NCBI RefSeq assembly: GCF_006345805.1
Contig: NC_043005.1
Location: 3,658,001-3,722,000, forward strand
Reading direction: 5' to 3'
Source: Octopus sinensis
Taxonomy: Eukaryota
DNA length: 64,000 bases
In this document: piece by piece, positions 37,843 through 48,393 of the stretch
Layout of the letters: every line of letters begins with the position of its first letter
Position numbering within the stretch: the first letter of the stretch is position 1
Position numbers and translations under genes: made by a program
The notes under the pieces: generated by a model
Database searches by the model: none
The model's input: the letters and a program-made list of their open reading frames with translations, nothing else
Told to the model about the DNA's origin: nothing

Positions 37843-37983
37843 GTATGTATTTGCGTGTATAAATGAGTGTATATCGTTTATGTATATATAGACACAAACT
37901 CATGATTTGTATATCTATATATACACGATATATATATGACATAATACGTGTCATATATATGACATTGTTTGTATGTATGTATG

Positions 37984-38014
<31 letters not shown>

Positions 38015-38120
38015 GTGATATGTATTTGCGTATATAAATGCGTGTATATCGTTTATGTATATATAGACACAAACTCATGATTTGTATATCTATATATACA
38101 CGATATATATGACATTGTAT
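37843..38120. repeat. Tandem duplication, period ~176 bp
   Basis: TATGTATTTGCG..TATCGTTTATGTATATATAGACACAAACTCATGATTTGTATATC occurs twice. Confidence 0.85.
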
Positions 38121-39131
38121 ATATATGATATATATATATTTATATACACACACACACACACACACGTATGTAAAATGTAGGTGCGTACGTACACACTATT
38201 TCACCACCTTTGTTCACAGACATCTTCCATCTCCGGTTATTTACGACACGTACCCCAGCCGTAAAAATCTCGGAGTGCCGAAGTACCTGGCGATCTTATA
38301 AGCCATCAGGTCGGGTCGACAGGCCAGATCAATCGATAGACAGACAGATATATAAATAAATGCAAACAGATTGAAAAGCAAACAAATAGCTACCAATCTT
38401 TATTGCTACTACTATTATCATTATTATTACTATTTTTTATGTATTCGCAAGGCCCTCCCACCCAGTCTTAACCCTCCCACCCAGTCTTAACCCTCCACCA
38501 CATCTTCAACTAGGACAAAGAACTTGCAATTTATAAAATAATATTATGACGCATACACGTAGACTTTTAACTTGTATTTATATTTTTACTCCACAGATTT
38601 TCTCAAGCATTCTACCCCGTTTGACGGTTTCCGTCTTTTTTAGATCCGGCTACTGAAAAACAGAAATTAAATTAAAACGATTTGGCTTTATTTTAGTTAT
38701 TTTTACTTTTTAGTTGCTCTGTAATAATGAGAAATGAGAGATAAATTTAATTATATATAATAACAATTATTGCTTGTTTGTTTGGTTGATTAATCAGGAG
38801 ATTTTAATTGGACGAATAATGATTTCTCGTCTGGGATTACCCATGAATGAAGAACCAAGTGAAACACAACAACAGCAATAATAATCACAATAATAATAAT
38901 AATAATAACAGCAGATCAAATAAATAAACACTGATTTTTCTTTTCTTTTTTTCTCAAGTTCAGCAGATCTATACAGAGATAACCAATATAAAAATAATAA
39001 AAATCAAAACAGCTAATAAAAGCTCTAATTAAACACACATGCAAGGGGAATGTGTTCACCAGACAAATGTCTGCATGTGTTTTAGTGTGTGTATATACTA
39101 AACAATGTCTACATGTTTATTCGTGTGTGGT

Positions 39132-39272
39132 GTGTATGTGTATGTACGTACATGTGTGTGTATGTGTATGTACGTACATGTGTGTGTATGTGTATGTACG
39201 TACATGTGTGTGTATGTGTATGTACGTACATGTGTGTGTATGTGTATGTACGTACATGTGTGTGTATGTGTA
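39132..39272. repeat. 26-bp minisatellite, 5 perfect copies plus a partial
   Basis: Unit GTGTATGTGTATGTACGTACATGTGT. Confidence 0.95.
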
Positions 39273-39877
39273 AACAGTAGACGGATATCAGCATATGCGT
39301 GTTTATGCAACGGAGAAAGTATACAGATATATATATATATATAGGTACTAAAATACATAATGTGTGTCTAAGGGTGTATGTATGGTGTATACAGAGTGAA
39401 GGGGTATCTTCGTCTTTACGGTCCTAATTTCAAATTTGTCATTTAATACGGTCCTACGTGTGTGTGTGTGTGTATTTAGTTCTCAGTTCCTAAAGCTGAG
39501 AGTTTTGCTAATTTTATTTTTTAATTAGGTTGATTATTTTGATTTTGCTCTGTTAGTTATCTATTTATTCGTTTCAATTAAGACTTTTAGGTTTATTAAT
39601 TGAATTTTTTTAAGGCGAACGCCTTTAACGTAAGACTATTTCTATAGCCTACGGTTGTTCCGCTGTTCCGTGTTCGAATTTCGCTGTGGGTCGACCTAAC
39701 TTCTCTTATCGTTGATAAACTACCACCACTAATTACAAGTGGGGGGAGGTCACCTTAAGAAAGAAAAAAAATCAATTAAGGAAGCTAAAATTCTTAATTG
39801 GAAATAAAAATCGAAATAATCATCTCAATTTTTTTTTAATATTTTAGCAAAACCCTTGTTCCTAGAGAACCAACACA

Positions 39878-39922
<45 letters not shown>

Positions 39923-40199
39923 ATTGAAAAGCCAATTTTAATTCAGGACCATAAAAAGTGAAGTACCCGACTGTGGTGATGTGTGTTTGTTTATAGTTAT
40001 GTATGTACACATTTATTTCCGAATACGTGTAGTCTTCTAATGAGGGTGTATAAACACAATAACATAAAAACAAAAAAAAAAGCATTTAAAAAGAGATTAA
40101 TTCTGGGGTGTAAATACGTGTATTGAGTTTATACGAAAGTAGGTATACTTTTTATAGATGGGCTGCTTACGTGATTAAGAATATATATATATATACATA

Positions 40200-40980
40200 T
40201 ATATACACGAATGTGTGTGTTTACATAGGACTGAATGGGTTTATGGCCAAACCTATAGACATGTTTGTGTATGTATAAGAGGGAAGGATGTGTGTGTAAA
40301 ATATATACACGCCTGTTTACAAATATCTATGTGTATATGTGGGTATGTTTACATAGGAGAGAATGGCTAGTTTATGACGAACCTCCAGAATTGTTTGTGT
40401 GTGTATATATGATGGTTGCGTAAAGTGTGTGTGTGTGTTGGTGTAATATATATACTCACACGCCAGTTTGCAAAAGTATACGTAGATGTGTGTAAAATAT
40501 ATACACGTCTGTTTACAAAAGTAGACGTATGTGTTTGCATAGGACAGTTGGATTTATAACCATCCTAAAGAAAACGTCTGTGTGTATATGAGAGCTGCGT
40601 AAAGTGTGTGTGAGTGTGTAAAATATATACACGCCTGTTTACAAATATCGCAATTAAGCTTATCCGTGTGTGTGTATATATATATATATACACACACACA
40701 CAGGGAAGACTGGTTGGATTTATGAGCTGCCTATAAATATGTTTGTGTCTATATACGTTCAAAAAGTGTAAAGTGTGTGTGTATAATATATATATATATA
40801 TATACACGTATCTAGTAGCTGTTTACTAATACAGTATATTAAGAGCTTATCCGTGTGTGTGTTTACATAGAAGTGAATGGGATTGTGACCAGTCTATAGA
40901 AATGTTTATATCTATACGGGTTTTAAATGTGTATAGTGTTTGTGTAAAATGTATACACACCTCTGTTTACAAATATAGTA
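40200..40980. repeat. Diverged ~130-170-bp tandem array carrying 8 TGTTTAC motifs
   Basis: Recurrent TTTACATAGG..., GTAAAGTGTGTG and AAAATATATACACGCCTGTTTACAAA blocks. Confidence 0.75.
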
Positions 40981-41387
40981 ATATTGTAAGCCTTTCAAAA
41001 GGTGTGTAAATGGAATACAGATTTAAAGGGGGGTATCCTAGCTTTTAAAGTCTTAAATTCGAAGTGGTCTTTTGATAGAGCTTTTACAACACACACATAT
41101 CTATATCAACACACTGGACTGTGATGTGTGTATATATCTGAAACAAAGAATCGCATTTACACATGCTTATATACGAGATGAATGAATCTGTCTATTCCTA
41201 CGGTTTATGGATGTAAAAAAAAAACACCCTTCTGTCCACACATACAACATATATTTATACACACACACAAATATATATATAAATATATATATGGGGGGGG
41301 GGTGTCTTCGTGCATGTGTTAGGGGTACTTTCATACTTTTGAGGGGTGTTTCGTGAATAAGAAGAAAGAGAGAAAGAAAGAACCGAC

Positions 41388-41495
41388 CTGATAGGGTGGT
41401 GGAGGTCCGAGAGCTGGGTCTGATCCATCGTTACTGTCGCTACCTCTCAATAAAGATATATCATCTGCATTCGGAGTCTTTAAACAGTTGCCCAT
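41388..41495 (-). CDS. RNF11: RING finger protein 11, first coding exon (36 aa, phase-0 donor)
   Basis: Translates to MGNCLKTPNADDISLLRGSDSNDGSDPALGPPPPYQ, matching the recalled vertebrate RNF11 N-terminus (MGNCLKSPTSDDISLL...PPPPYQ). It has Gly2/Cys4 acylation residues and a PPxY motif. The exon ends CAG|GTCGGT right after PPPPYQ, where I recall the human exon 1 also ends. RING exons were not found in the window. Confidence 0.92.
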
Positions 41496-42560
41496 TTTTT
41501 TTCCTTTTTCGTTTGTACTTTTCAATGATGGCGATTTACTTAAAATAACCAGTTCCTCTTAACAATAAAGCTGTCGGTTTTTAGTGCTGCTCTGGCTGTT
41601 TTTTTCCCCTGTGGTTTGTGTTTTCTTTTTTTGGTTTCGTTATTTATCAATGGTATTATTGTGGATGGTATCGGTGGTAGTTATAGATGTGTGTGTGTTA
41701 TAAGTGTTTGTTTGTTGGTGGTCGTGGTGGATGTTGTTATTGGGTGTAATAATAAAGGTACAAGATCGAGAGGAACCATGATCGGGCCTTGAGAGAGGAG
41801 AGAGTAAGAAGAGTGGAATGGCAAATAATAAACAAAACAGAGCAGCAACAACAACAACAACCAGCAGAGAGAATCGGAACTGAGCAGAGAGGGAAGTATC
41901 TAGACACAGAGACTATGTGAGACAGAGAGAGACGTAGGTAGACACGGAGAGGGCAAAGGAGAAGAAAAACAAAGGGTTAGGGGGAAAAGAGGGGGACATG
42001 GAAGAAGAAGGGGTCGTGGAAGCATAAGAAAGGGCCATAGGAGAAGAAAAAGGAGTCATAGAAGAAATGGTTAGGGAAGAAGAAGAAGAAAGGGTCATAA
42101 GAAACGGATAGAGAAAACAACAACAACAGTGAGCAAAAGGCAGGGAGACGAGAGGAGACTTTGGTCAGTTGAAAGTCTGCTAATGTTTTGTTTTGATAAA
42201 TGTTGTGGTGGGTCTCCTTGCTGCTCCTCTTCGTCTCTGTTTCTTCTTTCTCTTTTTGTCGGTCAACCCTGCATCATTGTCGAGACGCAGTCCGTGAGGT
42301 TAATGAAATGTTTTTACTTGTTACTAATTACTAAAACATCAAGTCAGTCATGTCAAGTCCGTAGAAGTCAGTCAAGGCGAGTAGCAGTAGTAGCAGCAGC
42401 AGCAGCAGTAGTGGTGGTGCTGGTAGTTGTAGTGGTAGTAGTGTCAGTAATAATAATAGTAGTAGTAGTAGTATTGCTGCTGCTGCTGCTTTGGCTGCTG
42501 CTGATAATAATACTACTGCTCTTATACACACACACACATATACACACAAGAAGGTTTACA
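41496..42560 (-). promoter_or_regulatory. Probable 5' leader / promoter-proximal region of RNF11
   Basis: Sequence directly upstream of the ATG with no recognisable transposons, retained CpGs, and GA-, CAA- and CAG/TAG-type microsatellites. The TSS cannot be located from sequence. Confidence 0.4.
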
Positions 42561-43644
42561 TACACCACGCGCGCGCACGCACATATGTGTATACATAAAT
42601 ACACGCACACACACACACACATATATATCTATACGTTTATACATATGTATGTATATATATGTGTGTGTGTGTATGCATTTATATCTATCTATCTCTCTTC
42701 TCTCTCTCTCATATGTGAGTGTGTGTGTGTTATGTATATATGCATTGAGGAATCACTGGAAACCTATTCATTGTTTATAATATTCGACACAATGAAGCAG
42801 GCAGTCGGGTGGCGAGAGATACCCGAGACAAGTAAAGCGTCGGGTTGTCTCCATTACGTTATTTTATTTCACCTCTTACCGATATGAGTTCAAATCCTGG
42901 TATCGCTTCGTCTTTCATCGTTCTGAACAGATCGATAAAATTAGAATTCCCGTTTGTGATTTCTTTAATTGTTTTTTTCTTCTTTCTGTCTTGCAATGCT
43001 CAGAACAGGACTATAAGCCAAGTACCATGCATATGTTCGGGTCGATAATATTGAGTTCACATATGCACGCTATTTGATATATTTGAATGGACCTTCGTAG
43101 ATCTGCAGACGTGACTGTCTGCTATAAATGCCAGCCAGATAGCTCTTAAATTGCAGCCAGTCAAGTTAAATGGTGTAGTTACTAACTAGTTCTACACACT
43201 CCGTAAGAAGACGGGATGGTCATGGCTGAAAGGTCTTTGATTATAGGTCTGCTCGTCCTGATCTGACTTGGTACTAAATAACAAAGCATAAAAGAAGAGA
43301 AGAGGGAAACATCTGTGACGACTTGGGTACAAAAAGGAAAACTGAACAATTTTAGTTTATTAACTCTGAAAAGTACCAAACCGAAAGCTTTGACAATTTA
43401 CAAAAAGGTAATCTTTTTCGTAAGCACTTGTCCATGTAGAGGTATCTTTAAAGAATTCCTGGCTTCCCAGAATTCACCAACATTACTTCTGTGCTGCCCA
43501 CGTAGCCTTTCCTTTTTATGGCTCTTTCACAATTCTCTTTCCTGGTTCTCTTTCCTGGTCTTGTATCCTGTGGGTTTCATGTTGGTGCCTTTCGCTGTCG
43601 TGGCTGGCTTTCTCCGCCTGATTTCTTGCCGTTTTCAGTCCCAT

Positions 43645-44070
43645 TACTCTTTACTCCTTTACTTGTTTCAGTCTTTTGACTGCGGCCATACTGGAGCACC
43701 GCCTTTTAGTCGAGCAAAGAGACCCCAGGACTTATTCTTTGTAAGCCTAGTACTTATTCTATCGGTCTCTTTTGCCGAACCGCTAAGTAACGGGGACATA
43801 AACACACCAGCATCGGTTGTCAAGTGATGTTGGGTGGGGTGGGGGGGGCAAACACAGACACACAAACATATACACACACACATACATATATACATATACA
43901 TATATACATCGGGCTTCTTTCAGTTTCCGTCTACCAAATCCACTCACAAGGCTTTGATCGGCCCGAGGCTATAGCAGAAGACACTTGCCCAAGGTGCCAC
44001 GCAGTGGGACTGAACCTGGAACCATGTGGTTGGTAAGCAAGCTACTTACCACACAGCCACTCCTGCGCCA
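43645..44070 (-). mobile_element. SINE family B, young full-length copy
   Basis: Complete copy. Partial copies lie at about 4285, 46305, 51722, 56720-57250, 60380 and 60770. Confidence 0.88.
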
Positions 44071-44737
44071 TTGTTTACTCTTTCCCAACAAGTTGTAGGG
44101 CCCCTGGGTAACTACCACTCTGTTGGTTACGATGATAAGGGGTCCAGGTGATCCAATCAACAGAATAGCCCGTGCAGGCAATTAATGCACAAATGGCTGA
44201 GTACTCCATAGACACGAGTCCCTTTAATGCACTTTTCATTGAGACTCAGCAGCATGTCACAGAATACTACTCATTTTTGCCAGCTGAGCAAACTGGAGCA
44301 TCATCATCATCATTTGGGTTCAACTGGAGTCTGGGAAGCCAGGAGGCGGCACCAGGGTCCAGTCTGATCTGGCAGTGTTTCTACAGTTGGATGCCCTTCC
44401 TAACACCAACCACTCCGTGAGTGTAGTGGAGCAATGTGAAATAAATGTCTTGCTCAAGAACAAAATGCATCACCAGGAATTGAACTCATGACCTTACTAC
44501 CATGAACCAAATACCTTAACCACTGAGCTACACACCTTTGTTCCTCAGTTCTATGGACAATGAATTCGTTATTAGAGACAAAGTAGTTAAATCGTTAGAG
44601 TATCAGAATAACTGCCAGGGCAGTACGGCTTCTGCAGTTCTATATTTAAGAGATGAGGAATTATGTACATTATTTACATTTGATGGATATTTGTCCTCAT
44701 CTTGTTTGTTGTTAACCACTACGCCATATGCACATAA

Positions 44738-44807
44738 GCATATGGCGTAGTGGTTAAGAGTGCAGGCTACTAACCCCAAGATTCCAAGTTCGATTCCAGG
44801 CAGTGAC
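44738..44807 (+). promoter_or_regulatory. tRNA-derived head with Pol III A and B boxes inside the PLE pLTR
   Basis: A box TGGCGTAGTGG (44743-44753), B box GTTCGATTCC (44788-44797), and an anticodon-like loop CTACTAA. There is no proper acceptor stem, so this is not a tRNA gene. Confidence 0.65.
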
Positions 44808-44888
44808 TTGAATTATAATAATAATAATAATAATAATAACATTAAAAAAACCCTTAGGAATGAGAACCCGGGTTTGAAATTACCCCAA

Positions 44889-44934
44889 GACACCTGATGA
44901 AGGCTGGAGGGTATATCAGCCGAAACGTTGTGTT
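44889..44934 (+). ncRNA. Minimal type I hammerhead ribozyme motif (PLE-associated, dimer type)
   Basis: GACAC (stem I), CTGATGA, extra A, GGCTG-gagggtatat-CAGCC (stem II), GAAA, C-G-T-T, GTGTT (stem I'). The ACGT palindrome replaces stem III. Predicted cleavage is after 44929. Confidence 0.7.
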
Positions 44935-45426
44935 AACAACAAACAAGATGAGGACAAATATCCGTCAAATGTAAATAATGTAAATAAAGCATTGTTGCTG
45001 ATTCTTTATATTCACTCCTACTGAGGTCTCCTTTTATTCTTCAAAAGGTATTAAAATAAAGTACCAGTCAAGTACTGGGGTCAATGTAATTGACTATCCC
45101 CTTTCCCACAAATTTCTGGCCCCTTGTGCCTAAATTAGAAACAGTCCTAGCAGGATCATTGGCATGGTAGGCAAAAGGCTTAGTGGTATCACTTCTAACT
45201 TTTTACTTTCTGAGTTCAAATTCCACGATGGTCAATTTCGGGGAGGGGGGAGGTAAGTTGACAACCCCCTACCACCCACGTTCAACTGACACTTATTTTA
45301 TCAATTCTGAAAGGACGAAAAGCAAAATTGAACTCAGAACGTACCAGCAGACAAAACACCACTAAGGATGTCACCCGGTGTGCTAACGTTTCTGCCAGCT
45401 TGCCGCTTTAGGCTCAATAAAATAAT

Positions 45427-45823
45427 CTTTTCTACTCTAGGCACAAGGCCCGCAATTTTGGGGGAGGGGGCCAGCCGATTAGGTCAACCCCAGTATGCAA
45501 CTGGCATTTAATTTATCGATATCGAATGGATGAAAGGCAAGTCGACCTCGGCGGAATTTGAACTCAGAACGTAAAGACAGGCGAAATACCTATTTCTTTA
45601 CTATCCACACGGGGCTAAACATAGAGGGGACAAACAATGCCAGACAAATGGATCAAGTCAATTACATCGACCCCAGTACATAGCTGGTACTTAATTTATT
45701 GACCCCGAAAGGATGAAAGGCAAAGTCGACCTTGGCAGAATGTGAACTCAGAACGTAACGGCAGACGAAACACAGCTAAGCATTTCGCCCGGTGTGCTAA
45801 CGTTTCTGCCAGCTCAGCCCCTG
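45427..45823 (-). mobile_element. SINE family A heterodimer with 17-bp TSD
   Basis: TSD AGGCTCAATAAAATAAT at 45410-45426 and 45824-45840. Junction at 45586-45590. Confidence 0.88.
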
Positions 45824-45912
45824 AGGCTCAATAAAATAATATCAATCAAAGACTGGAGCCCAGTGTGGTAATCTCCTCTCACTAAAATTGCTAGAGCTAA
45901 AATTAGAGAGAA

Positions 45913-46235
45913 TTCTTCTTCTTCTCCTTCCTCTTTGTCTTCTTCTTCTTCTCCTTCTTCTCCCCCTCCTTCTTCTTCTTCTCCTTCTTATTTCTCCTCC
46001 TTCTTTTTCTCCTTCTTTTTCTCCTCCTTTTTCTCCTTCTTCTTCTCCATCTTCTTCTTCTACTCCTTCTTCTCCTTCTTCTCCTCCTCCTTCTTCTTCT
46101 CCTTCTCCTTCTTCTCCTTCTTCTTCTCCTTCTTCTCCTTCTTCTCCTCCTTCTTCTTCTCCTTCTTCTCCTCCTTCTTCTTCTCCTTCTTCTCCTCCTT
46201 CTTCTTCTTCTTCTTCTTCTTCTTCTTCTTCTTCT
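45913..46235. repeat. (CTT/CTC)n polypyrimidine tract, ~320 bp
   Basis: Almost exclusively C/T on the plus strand. Confidence 0.95.
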
Positions 46236-47499
46236 ACATGCAAATTATTCTGAACTACCTATGAAAACCGGTGGAGCACCTTGAGCCTTTCTATATAATT
46301 GCTCATGGCTGTGTGGTTAAGAAGCTTGCTTCCCTCCCAACCATGTGATGTCAGGTTCAGTCCTACTACACAGCACTTTGGGCAAGTGTCATCTACTACA
46401 ACCCCAGGCCAACCAAAGGTTTATGAATGGATTTGGTTAACAAAAACTGAAAAAAGCCCATTGTATTGTATCATCATCACCATTATTTAACCTCCGTTCT
46501 CCATGCTGGCACAGGTTGGACAATTTGGCAGGAGCTGACCAGCCGAAGGGCTGTTCCGGCTTCATGACTGTTTTGGCATGGTTTCTATGGCTGGATGCCT
46601 TCCTAATGCCAATAAGTACTTGGCTTAAGTACTAGGGTCAATTTGTCTGACTAAAATCCTTTTTACATGCTGGTGGCACGTAAAAAGCACCCACTATACT
46701 CTCGGAGTGGTTGGCGTTAGGAAGGGCATCCAGCTGTAGAAACTCTGCTAGATCAAGATTGGAGCCTGGTGCGGCTGTCTGGTTCGCCAGCCCTCAGTCA
46801 AAATCGTCCTACCCATGCTAGCATGGAAAACGGACATTAAATTGTCCAACCCATGCTAGCATGGAAAGCGGACGTTAAACGATGATATGTGTGTGTGTGT
46901 GTGTGTTTATGTCTTTTAAATCTCTTTACACATGTAAATTTGTAAATTACTTAGTATTTAAGTAACAGGGTGACTCGTAACACCTACACAAAAAAGTAAT
47001 CAGACTCTGAGCAAAAATACAATTGGTTCAAACTAAATGGTAGTTAGTAATTTGGTTGACCACAAGAAAAGTATTTCCTCCTAAAACAGCCAAAATCTGG
47101 ATTATTTCCAGAATTTTCACGAAAATGTAAAGAAAAAAAAAATTATAAAAATAAACCCATTTGATATTGCTTGGATTTGGTCAATAAAGATCTTATCATT
47201 TCAATGTCTGTCAATGACAGCAGACTTTGTCTTCTGACAATCTATTTTATGCCCCCACCCCCAATTTATATTATCTGGATTGTTTGTATAGAGCTAATGG
47301 AACACCTGCACAAGTGCGCTCCACTACGACTTTGTTTCCTCATAACTTTCTGAAAAATGGGTATCTTTTAATAAAATTTTCTACAAATACCTTTCAAATG
47401 GTGTAAATTACAATCATTTTAGAATTTAATGAAAAAAGTAAAATTGGTGGTCACACACACACATACATACAGACACACACACATCATGACACACACGTA

Positions 47500-48393
47500 C
47501 ATGGTCTGATCAATAAATATCTGGACTGTTGCCATAGTAACGAAGCTAAAGCACACACACAGTAAAGCCACTTGGTACAGATTGACCTTGGACTCTGCTG
47601 TGCACATGCACTAAGTTTTAAAGTTTTAGCTCAATTTCACTGTTTACAGCAGTGCTTGGAAGGAAGGTGTGTAGCGTTTGGTGGTCGCATTGACCATGAC
47701 AAAAAAAGTTGCCATGGCAATACCTGCTCAGAGGCCTATGCAACGTTGCAGAGAGTGTATGGAGAGGAGTGTATGAACCACCCACAAGTGTACGAGTGGT
47801 TCAGATGTTTCCAAGATGGCTGAAAAAATGTCAATAGTGACAAACGTTTTGGGAGACCCGCAACCAGCAGAACTGAGAAAAACATCGCAGTGCATGTAGC
47901 TGTAAGGGGAAATCATCAAATCACCATCCATGAGTTATCAGAGGATGTGCAGATTAGTTACGGTTCAGTTCAGTCCATCATAACTGAAGATTTGTGTGTC
48001 AGACTCATGTCTGCTAAATTTGTGCCAAAACTGTTTTCAGCTGACCAAAAGGACACTTGGGTTTCAATAACACAAGATCTCCTTAATTGTGTTGAGAAGG
48101 ATGAAAACTTTTTGAAAACTTCTCATAGCCTTCTGAGCAGGTATCGCCAACCTTTTAGCAAAATTTGATGCAGATTCTCAGCTCAACTTTCTCTGTCATG
48201 GTCAATGCAACAATCACACACTACACACCTTCCTTCCAAACACTGCTGTAAACAGAGGAAGTGAGCTAAAGCGTTAAAACTTAGTGCACATACACAGCAG
48301 AATTTAAGGTCAATCTGTGCCAAATGACTTCACTCTGTGTGCTGTAGCTTCATTACTATGGCAACTATTCAGAAACTTATTGATCAGAGAATG
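47500..48393 (+). mobile_element. Non-autonomous foldback mariner with ~250-bp inverted ends
   Basis: TA|CATGGTCTGATCAATAA ... TTATTGATCAGAGAATG|TA. The interior encodes mariner N-terminal HTH sequence (YATLQRVYGEECM, QVYEWF, ITIHELSEDVQISYGSVQSII, SAKFVPK). No catalytic domain is present. Confidence 0.88.

Larger units (their letters stand above)
44540..44995 (+). mobile_element. Solo Penelope pseudo-LTR with inverted 5' segment
   Basis: 44738-44995 aligns with 62474-62690. 44636-44716 is the reverse complement of the pLTR 3' end. Confidence 0.85.

Noticed and set aside
42221-42240. DEEEQ on the minus strand resembling RNF11 TEEEQ
   Set aside because: It lies upstream of exon 1 and the flanking residues do not match.
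42129-42887. 252-aa plus-strand ORF divergent from RNF11
   Set aside because: It has a GTG start and is composed of (GTA/GCA/CTG)n and (CA)n microsatellites, with no recognisable domain.
44738-44807. tRNA-Ser(ACT) gene
   Set aside because: It lacks a closed acceptor stem, uses an anticodon generally absent from eukaryotes, and is part of a repeated PLE LTR.
45842-46264. Glu/Gly/Arg-rich and Ser/Pro-rich ORFs
   Set aside because: They are translations of the (CTT/CTC)n tract, open in several frames, with no splice or domain support.
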